From: Bigelowiella natans CCMP2755
Lineage: Eukaryota > Protista > Cercozoa
DNA length: 64,000 nucleotides
Direction of reading: 5' to 3'
Assembly (NCBI GenBank): GCA_000320545.1
Contig: ADNK01002731.1
Coordinates: 2,126-66,125, forward strand
Part shown: piece after piece, positions 54,414 through 64,000 of the stretch
Layout of the letters: every line of letters starts with the position of its first letter
How positions within the stretch are numbered: position 1 is the first letter of the stretch
Position numbers and translations under genes: made by a program
Notes under the pieces: generated by a model
Database searches by the model: none
Told to the model about the DNA's origin: nothing
The model's input: only the letters and a program-made list of their open reading frames with translations

Positions 54414-54822
54414 ATCACAAGTCCGTCAAACCCGGTAACGACGGGGTTGTGAACAATGCAGCGCTTTGCGACGCGTTTTGAAGCAGCAGGCAGTTGCAGT
54501 TGGTCAAAGAAAAGTCATCAGAACTTGTCCGATGGCCAAACCTGAAAAAATGACCGAAATGTTGACCAAAATGTCCATTTTCAAGGCCTCAAAGTGTGAA
54601 AATTCACACCCGTTGTGTAGCGGATGCACGCTGCGCGATTGTTCTCTGCCACATTTTGAATGGTTTTGCGTGTGCGTTTGACCAAATGTGATGTGCACGA
54701 AAAATTTCAAAGAAATGCGAGCAAATCCAATGTCCATTGCATCACATGACGCGCTTGGTCGCGCGCAAAAGCTTCCAAATGCACATTCTGGCGATTCGTT
54801 ACAGGTTTGACGGACTTGTGAT
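54414..54822. mobile_element. Non-autonomous TIR element (MITE-like), ~410 bp
   Basis: Perfect 19-bp terminal inverted repeat ATCACAAGTCCGTCAAACC (54414-54432) / GGTTTGACGGACTTGTGAT (54804-54822), extending imperfectly to GTAACGA/TCGTTAC. No credible coding capacity. Confidence 0.75.
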
Positions 54823-55214
54823 TGTGTCTGCTCTTGCACATCAACGTGTTGAGGTAATATAGTGCTTGTACGCACGTAACATTTTTGCATCGTGTGACCT
54901 AGGCGACATGGCATCGTTGGCAACTATCTTCTCAATTATTGCGTGTCGCTGTGCTATCGCACGTACGCATATGTGCGTAGTCAATGTGTATTGTTCATCG
55001 AAAGACGATCTGTTGCATGCAGCACTCCAGCGCTCGCTCCGTACATCATAACTATTGGGCGGTTACTATAATGATCGCCAAATATGTAAATAAGCACACA
55101 CACACACATGAACACACATATGATGAGTGTCTAGCACATATATTGTATCTACAGTTTTTCTTCATGTTTACATAATCTATGGTCTACATGCTGAACTGTT
55201 TGCTAAACGAAGTA

Positions 55215-56229
55215 TCATCCTAATCTTCTATTTCTTGTTCCTGGGCTATTATTCGCAATAAAATGAGGACCTGCAGCAAAGAAAGAGGGGAGGGAACAAT
55301 ATTAACTATTGATCATCGGTATAAACAATTTTCCACTACTTGAGAATGATTGATTTATTAGCATTAATACACTACGTGGCATCGTCCATGTTGGAACGCT
55401 TTTTAGCTCGTCTATACTGTCTGTTGATCTGCACAGAGAGAGGGGGAAGGAGGGTTTGAACCCAAAACACAACAATAACTGCTTAATATCTACTATCTGT
55501 CACCTGCATTAGTTACAACTACAACATGTGATAACATGAATATTCGTCATCTTCAATAGGCTGCTGCTTAAATTTGATTGTTTAAAGCTACAACAAAATC
55601 CTACAATACAGCCTCTTCTTAGTAATTGTGTAAGTTTTGCTTCATTACTATTATGTCATCACTTATTTGTGAAATCATGGATGAATCATCGCATTATTAT
55701 GTAGCTTTCAAACAACCTTCCTCTTTTCCTTTGATGAGCAGGAAGTGGCCTCCAAGTTCCTGACGAAGATAGTGATAGGGATAATATCATTTTCATGAGA
55801 TGGTGATGACCCAATAAGAGATGATATCCGTATGCATGTATCAGGTCAACAGTTTTGTTGGTATTGTTACTATAATAATTATTATTATTATCATTATGAT
55901 CACTCGTAGAGAGAAATGAATAATCGTCAATACACATAGCCCTCTAGCTAGTTGTTTGTGTAGCAGCAGCCTTACGGAATGAAGGTGTCTTCTCCTCATG
56001 TTCCCAACATTGTTTACAATGCTCTATCGTCAAATCTTGCCGTGTAATCATCCCTGAGTAGTGTAAATTAAGAAGTAGACAACCGATCTCACAACATATG
56101 ATGATGATAATACACAATGGGAGGAGGGAGGAGGAGGAGGAGGAGGAGGAGGAGAAGCATGCAAGTAAGCACTCGACTGTACGCCTTATATATGACCGAT
56201 TACCATCATCATCATTATGTATATATGAA

Positions 56230-56264
<35 letters not shown>

Positions 56265-56782
56265 GTACCGATAATATCGCCCTGAGTGTCTACTACGCAT
56301 AAATGCCTTAATCCCATTTGCCGAAACAGTTGATATACGTGCCACACCTGATTGATGTTCATAACGACAACAATGCCAACAACGACGTGCGTGCATGAGC
56401 ATCAACGAATGGGTGGTGTGTGTGTGATGATCAACCATTAGTGACACTTATTATTGCCACCATTGCAGCATTTTCCATCATCTATCTATCGATATATCTA
56501 CTATTCCGTATTTCCAAAGAATAAACAGCATATAAATGCAACCTACCGAAGCTGTTGGTAAGACACGGTGGGGGGTGAGATTCATGAAAATAGAGAAATC
56601 CACAATGTATCTGAGAAGTAGTAGTAGTAGTTGTAGTAGTAGTAGTAGTAGTTGATAATTAGAATACCAATGATAGCATTTAAGCATCAACAAACAAACA
56701 CACACACACACACACATACACATACACACGCGCACGCAAACAGTCTCCTGAGAGAGAAACAATCTATGATGGAAAACAGTCT

Positions 56783-56815
<33 letters not shown>

Positions 56816-58269
56816 TTACTTCTGCTATAGTATACATGGTTGTTAAATAATAGCAAACTTACTGTTTTTCGACTTCATTGAGTCTAAGATTCTCTACAGC
56901 AGGGAAATGCGGATATCTGTGCATGGGTAGTATGGTAATCATCAAATAACACATCAAGAAGAAGAAGAGAACAAGAATAGCAATTCAACGTAGGCAGAAG
57001 ACTTTGGAGGGAAAAATAACATGATCGACATCTTCGCAGTTGTTGTTGTTGATGATGATGATGATGATACCACTAACGCACTTTTCATGCTACATCAGAA
57101 TTTTGACAAGAAGTGAATTATATTTGGCAATATGCTACTATGATGTGGATGGTGATACTACGTTCGATTGAGGTCATCCCAATTCAACTCCACGTTTTCA
57201 CCGCCTATAAACACACAACAACAACCAACAACAACAACAACAACACGCTCCTTATTATCATTACATGATGCAGCAGTATATTATCACTGAGATGATGACA
57301 ATCATGACAACGGTAAGCGTTCATCTTAACACGGCGACGTCAAAATAAATATAGGATGACATCTTGCAAAGGAAAACCATCATTCTCTCTCTTTATTATC
57401 ATACATGTTAACTACACCATCATTTACCATGCTGCTATAAGTAACAACTACATACAACTACTACTACTTTTAGCAGCGGTCCCAGGAGGAGTGAGAACTT
57501 TCTCTCGCAACCGTTCAGATAACATTGCACCTGAAACATGCATGATACCGGGCAATGACGATGACGAATGGTTTGAGAGGATGGATTGAATAAAGTGAAG
57601 AAGAAGAAAGGGATGAACATGAGAATAATAACGATAATCGGTGATGATCCCAATGCATGCACCGTTTTGGCTAAAAACTATCATCATTTCCACTGAGAGC
57701 GCCACTACGTTGTTTGATCTATGCTTCTCACTCATTTCATGAATCATCCCCATATTTTATCGTTGTTCTTAAGGGTTACTGTATTTTTCCTTAGGACACT
57801 GTACATATACTACTACTACAACAACTATTACAACAACTACAACTACAACTACTATTACTAATACTACGCACATACATATGTGTTTCCGAAGTATAATCCC
57901 CACAAGGCGCCTCTTTGTAGTCGATCCTGTTATTAGCCGTAGATGATTGATATACTAGCATCTATTCTGGTGCTTGTGGTGATGATGTGCTTTTATCTTC
58001 TCCTCCTCCTCCTCCTCCTCCCCCTCCCCCTCCCTCATCATCATCATCATCATCATCATCAACAACAATATCGTCATAACCACCATCCTTCCCCATCATA
58101 ATCTTTATCATATAAGCGGTACCAGCATATGCGTCGTGTTAATGCTTTATCTTACTTAGTACCATCACACTCACAAATAACAACAAATACAAAACACTCT
58201 GCAGCTGCTAACCCTATTCAATACTAGTAGTGACGACGACTATACTGCGATTAATTAACAATAAATAAA

Positions 58270-58316
<47 letters not shown>

Positions 58317-58560
58317 AGGACCTGTTACCACAGTATTTACGATAGGAAAGCCGTTGTGTTTGTGGGTACTTAATATCTGATGATAATGATAATGATGATG
58401 ATGACGCCAAATAATAACATGGGTGGGGTGAGAGGAGGAGGAGGAGGAGAAGGAGGAGGAGGGTTGTTTTTCCCTTGTTCATTTTCTTTCACTATCAGTC
58501 CTGTAAGTAATCTGCTGCCAACGTTCTACTACTACTACTACTATTACATCATCACTTTTT

Positions 58561-58603
<43 letters not shown>

Positions 58604-59223
58604 GTAGTATTTGTAGTAGTAGTCTTATTACCCGCAAGAGGCTCTCTGCGCGCACCCGAAGCTCCAAACAGATTGGATTATACGACATTACCTTATGATG
58701 ATGATGATGATGATGATGATGATTGATGATGATTGATGATGATTGATGATGATGATGACGGTGGTGATGATAAGATGCCGTCTATGAATCATGATGAAAC
58801 TTCCCCAAATCCAATCTGGTATCATAGCTTTCCACCATGATTATGATGATCACTTTTGCTATCTTTTCATTATTATCATTTGCCATCTTTCTCTCTCTTT
58901 CACACTACTACAACTACTACAACTACTACTACTACAAAAACAACAACAAAAACTAAATATATATTCGATGACTTACATCACGTGCTCTCAGCGATTGATA
59001 CCAAGTAGGAGGATCCCACGGTAAGAAAGGAACCTGATCAACACAACAACAACAACAACAACAAGAAATAATGGCATTAAAGAATATAGAGCAGGAGGCG
59101 GCAGAAGCATCTCATTACCCTCTCATTACCCCCTCATTATCCATAAAACCAAACATAAGAAAAGGAAACAGCATTCTTCATCATCATTACCATCATGGTA
59201 CTGAAAGAGGTAGCTACTATTAT

Positions 59224-59259
<36 letters not shown>

Positions 59260-59284
59260 GTAGTACGAACATGTCGAAGCTCTG

Positions 59285-59319
<35 letters not shown>

Positions 59320-59349
59320 GAGTAGTAGTACGAACATGTCGAAGCTCTG

Positions 59350-59384
<35 letters not shown>

Positions 59385-59828
59385 GAGGAGTAGTACGAAC
59401 ATGTCGAAGCTCCATGTGAATATCATAGAGCCCTTCATTAATCTTTCCACGTGGTGTTGGGTTAGCACCATATCATCAAATAAAGGAAGAAGCAGGAGCA
59501 GCAGCAAAAGAAGGAGGAGGAGGAGCAAGGAGACGCACATACAAGTATTTTTGTTGTTGTCTCAGAATATGTGTGAGGGGATAATAGCAAGGAGATGTTA
59601 ATCAGTAGTTGATAATAATAACATGGGTGCTTGCTTTCTTTCTTTCTCACTATATAATAATACCCCCTACTACTACTTATCACCCGGGTACTCCTCCCCT
59701 CTCTCCCCCCCCCAATTCTTGGTTGTGGTGTTGTGCTGACCAAATGCCCACACGTGCGTGCTGCTAATGCTGTCAGGAATACTGGTAAACCAAACTGCAC
59801 TACGCCTGTAATAGTTATGATAATGATA

Positions 59829-59862
<34 letters not shown>

Positions 59863-60565
59863 GAACAAGAAAAAGAAGAACAAATGGTCTCTCTTTAAAA
59901 CACCATCAATCGGTATGATGTGAAGGATGATCTATAATAACTATTTGATGGGAAAATATTGTAATATTTAAACGATAGCACTTATTACGTGCGTGAAGAC
60001 GTGTGTTTCATCATACACCGGGACAATCGCTGCTGCTACTATTGCTACTGGTGATGTGTGACTTTGGTATTGATGCTGCCTTACCACTACTACTACTACT
60101 ACTACTACTATTAATCCCCAAACATGCACCCACCATTATTTTCCATCTCATCGATAACTCACTACACAGGAAAACAACACGAATAACAACGACAATAACC
60201 TGTTGTCTCAATGATGATCAAAGTGAGTGATATCGTCATCCTTGTCACACCTTCATTATATGCATCATAACAACCGACTCAATGATCAGTGCATACAGCT
60301 CATGTTAGATATTACGCTAATTTTCGTCTTCTTCATTCTTCTTCTTCTTTTTCTTCTCGTTGTGATTAGATTATGTGACAAGCAGCCCAATACTGCTAAT
60401 AATACCCTACCTCCAAGCATTGCAGCACTGCCAATAAGAGCATAAGCACCGTGCTCTGCTACCTATTTTATCACATCATATCAATATTCACAAAGGAGTA
60501 GGAGGAGGGGGTGAGGACAAAGAGAAAAAACAATGACAACAATTAAGAGGTCAACAACCACATAC

Positions 60566-60600
<35 letters not shown>

Positions 60601-60906
60601 GAATAAAAACCATGAACTCTATTCACCTCAATTCCCAACATCATTTGGAATGATCCTAGAAGATAACCACTTAACCGTCCTATAGACGATAACGGATGAT
60701 GATGATGATGATGGTGATGATGGTGATGATGTTGGAAAAAGAAAGGGGTAAACAAGAGAACAATAATAGAATTGGAAGGGAAAGCTCTCAGGAGTAGTAT
60801 GATGGTAATAATGATGATGATGATGTTGTTGCTAGATACCCAACACTGCACCCGAGAGAATAAGCGGTACAAACATCCCTGTAATAGTACAAGTAGTAGT
60901 AGTGGT

Positions 60907-60938
<32 letters not shown>

Positions 60939-61181
60939 TAGTGTGGATTAATATAGAGATGGTGATGATGACGATGATGACGATAATGACGATGATGATG
61001 ATGATGTTAGTCTGGTAAATTACTTACTTACCAGAAGGGATTGCTATACCATACACCAAGCACATAAATGCAAGATAAGGTACCAAAAACACTACTAGTG
61101 CAGATGGGGGCAGGTTGCAGTGGCTGATAACATATCAATAAATAAATAAATATAACACTGGAAATATAACCATAAGCAAAA

Positions 61182-61217
<36 letters not shown>

Positions 61218-62591
61218 GAGGAGGAGGAATAACTGGCCAAAATGGTATTATTATCAAGAAAGACCGAATGCGCAAAACACTAGATAATGTCAGTAGAGCA
61301 TAAGTAATTCATTGTTGTATAGACAATCACTGCTTGGCAATACAGCATGAGTAATGTGTGGGGAGGACCAATCAATCAACAATATTACCTTGAGATGTGA
61401 TCATTTGATGGCTCATAGTAAAGAAAACGTATTGCATTCTCAGGGGAATTAAAAAATATTGTAGCCAAAACATGGTATTTGCCTAAGGTTATTGAAGGAG
61501 AATGATGATGATGATGATGATGATGAAGCATAGTTATAATGATCATCATAGTAGCAATAACAAATGAATGCAAATATATGCTTTTCTTTATCAATTAATT
61601 ACCATCCGGGCAATAGAATTGCGTTGTGTACCTATTATTATTATTATTAGTATTATTATCATTATTTAAATTGAGGAGGAGGGTCATGCAAATCACCTCA
61701 CCAACCACACATTTAGTGGGGCAAACCAACCAAACAAATCTACATACAGTCTAATAATACAACAACAACAACAACTCAATTATTGCTTCCTTCATCACCT
61801 TTTTTTCTATGATATGAATTATTTTTCAGTGAAAAGCATCATTTACCATCATCATCATCATGATCATCAAAGGCAACAACATCAGCATTATAGCTGCTAT
61901 ATCTACTACTACTTACCCTGAAACAGAGCTCCGGTCAGGACATCCATAGTTGCTTTCGTTCTATTGCAACAACAAGTGAATGATCATCCTCATCCTCTTC
62001 ATCATCATCATCATCATCATTATGACAATCATCACTAGTTGGTTAGTAAGTTGTAATTGAGAAATTAATCAATCGATGAATCAGTGAATCGATCCAATAA
62101 TCTATAACTTGATCTTTTCCGTCGTTGTTGTTTTTCTTACATCTCTGCAGTAGTAATTTCCTGTTGACATCGGAATGCCAAACGCACATAGTACAATGAA
62201 GACGTTCAGCACCAGAACTTCAATATATCTATAACAATCAACAAACACAATGACGATGATGATGATGATGATGCAAGCAATGTTAACAATGAAATAAAGC
62301 ATGAAGAATACTCTTTAAAATAATACACATGAATACTACTACTATGTGAACTTGGTTTCGCTGTTTTCGTCGTCATCATCATCGTCCATCGTCATCATCA
62401 TCGTCCGTCGTCATCATCATCGTCCATCGTCATCATCATCGTCCATCGTCATCATCATCGTCCGTCGTCATCATCATCGTCGCTGTTGTTGCTATAATAG
62501 TAGTATTGAGCAGTAGAAGTACCTTCTAATCCTGCTGCTAACATTTCCATTTTGGCGCCAAATAGTCAATCCCTCGTTTAAATAGTTGAAT

Positions 62592-62676
<85 letters not shown>

Positions 62677-62886
62677 GGGAGAGAGAGAGGGAGAGAGAGA
62701 GGGAGAGAGAGAGGGAGAGAGAGAGGGAGAGAGAGAGGGAGAGAGAGAGGGAGAGAGAGAGGGAGAGAGAGAGGGAGAGAGAGAGGGAGAGAGAGAGGGA
62801 GAGAGAGAGGGAGAGAGAGAGGGAGAGAGAGAGGGAGAGAGAGGGAGAGAGAGAGGGAGAGAGAGAGGGAGAGAGAGGGAGAGAGA

Positions 62887-62932
<46 letters not shown>

Positions 62933-64000
62933 GGGAGAGAGAGAGAGAGAGTTGCTACACGCCTTAATGATCATTGTATTAAAGCCTTTGTTATTTATTT
63001 TCTGCTTTATCAAGATTTTTTTTTCTTCTTCTTCTTCTTCTCTTTCAATGCAGAACCTCCCTCCTCCTCACATGCTCCTCATGCTCTTATGTTATATAGT
63101 GCTCTCATGCTTTGTGGTGCGTGCGTGTTAAAATGACATTGGAAATCGGTAACAACAAACAATATGAATCAGCATACCGGCACCGATAAATCCACCTAAG
63201 CAGCCGTTCAGCACTAATAAAGCATACGTCATTTGGGCGGGTAGTAGGAGACAGAAGAGAGGAAGTGAGATGGAACAAGATAAAGAAGATTGGGTATAGT
63301 TAGTGCGGCCGATACAGCAAGATGAAAAGAAGATAAAGATAAAGAAGGAGGAGGAGAACAAGTTGTAGGGATGGATTATATATGATGATGTTGGAGGTGT
63401 ATGGATTGCAAGATGATGATGGAATGTCATATGATGATGATATAATAGCACCTAAATCAGACAGCAGCAGCAGCAACAACAACAAGATTTGCATACATAT
63501 ATCCAAGCATTCATTCATTCATTCATTCTACAGACCAAATCCTGGTATTCCCATGCGGTATATTCCGAAGGGTCGTCTCTATCAAGAGAAAGTAGCAAGT
63601 AGTAAGATAAAATCATCGTCAATATTGCGTTGCGGTTGTTGTTGATGATGATGTTTATTGGAATGGTAGCAATGATGATAAGGAGGAGCACACACTGTAT
63701 AATTTGTGGAAATTATCTCCATTGTGTTTGTGTGTGGTGTGTGTGTAATGTGGTGCTATTGTTACGCTGCATCGCCTCCAAACGCTAAAAGACCGGATCT
63801 TGACAGCATGCCCCACGAATTAGATTCACCTGAGAATAATGATAATTCTATTATTCTCTCAATTAGCATCATTTTTATCAGAATACGTATGAAACAGCAG
63901 TACGTAGTAGTAGTAGTAGTAGTAGTAGTAGTACCTCTTATTCCAGAGATAAAAACGTTTGTGATGAAAGCAGATGTCATGGCCGCGAACAACGTCCGCC
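55215..64000 (-). CDS. CLC-family chloride channel / Cl-/H+ antiporter (CLC-6/7, plant CLC-d-like) with two CBS domains; 5' part lies outside the window
   Basis: GCLGGFIGAGFNYLN, YHVLATIFFNSPENAIRFL, YGIAIPSGMFVPLILSGAVLG, GAYALIGSAAMLGG, EGLYDIHMELRHVPFL, HNGFPIV, FMNLTPHRV, LFRQMGLRHLCVVD, GMITRQDL. The 3' end is approximate. Confidence 0.92.
59260..59412. repeat. Three copies of TAGTACGAACATGTCGAAGCTC separated by (TAC)n
   Basis: Directly visible at ~59261, ~59325 and ~59391. Confidence 0.9.
62368..62481. repeat. ~19-bp minisatellite derived from (ATC)n
   Basis: TCGTCATCATCATCGTCC(A/G) repeated about 5 times in a CLC intron. Confidence 0.85.
62595..62951. repeat. Compound (TG)n-(GA)n-(GAGAGAGAGG)n satellite
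   Basis: A ~320-bp pure purine tract with 10-bp periodicity follows a (TG)n run; intronic. Confidence 0.95.

Noticed and set aside
59260-59412. CRISPR-like repeat-spacer pattern
   Set aside because: The spacers are (TAC)n microsatellite, the repeat is an exon/donor copy, the context is eukaryotic and there are no cas genes.
62492-63131. Long poly-SL / poly-ER ORFs
   Set aside because: Translations of an intronic GA satellite. The same applies to the many poly-CV, -YI, -L, -M and -V ORFs across the window.

Overview
Eukaryotic nuclear DNA. The window is gene-dense and intron-rich, and most introns are filled with microsatellites. Two genes carry signal-peptide + transit-peptide leaders, which suggests an alga with a secondary plastid, possibly a chlorarachniophyte (inference only). 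Manual exon joining supports about 13 spliced genes: TatD DNase (partial), bacterial-type TcdA, GST, a class I SAM methyltransferase, a DOT1-like methyltransferase, a ZNF474-like C2HC zinc-finger protein, a nicotinamidase fused to an EFCAB10-like docking/EF-hand module, diaminopimelate decarboxylase ending in a CaaX box, TPPP/p25-alpha, a large protein starting MGLCAS, an Aha1_N protein with a bipartite leader, a large low-complexity hypothetical, a putative cNMP-binding protein and a CLC-7-like channel (partial). The most striking unexplained signal is a set of non-coding tracts (6226-7171, 12861-14052 and the interior of a ~410-bp TIR element at 54414-54822) from which TpA is almost completely absent. 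Nearly all surviving TpAs lie in CTAG or its half-contexts. This looks like the footprint of a localized, context-specific TpA->TpG/CpA hypermutation process, the mirror image of fungal RIP. Exon boundaries and counts were read by eye and are approximate.
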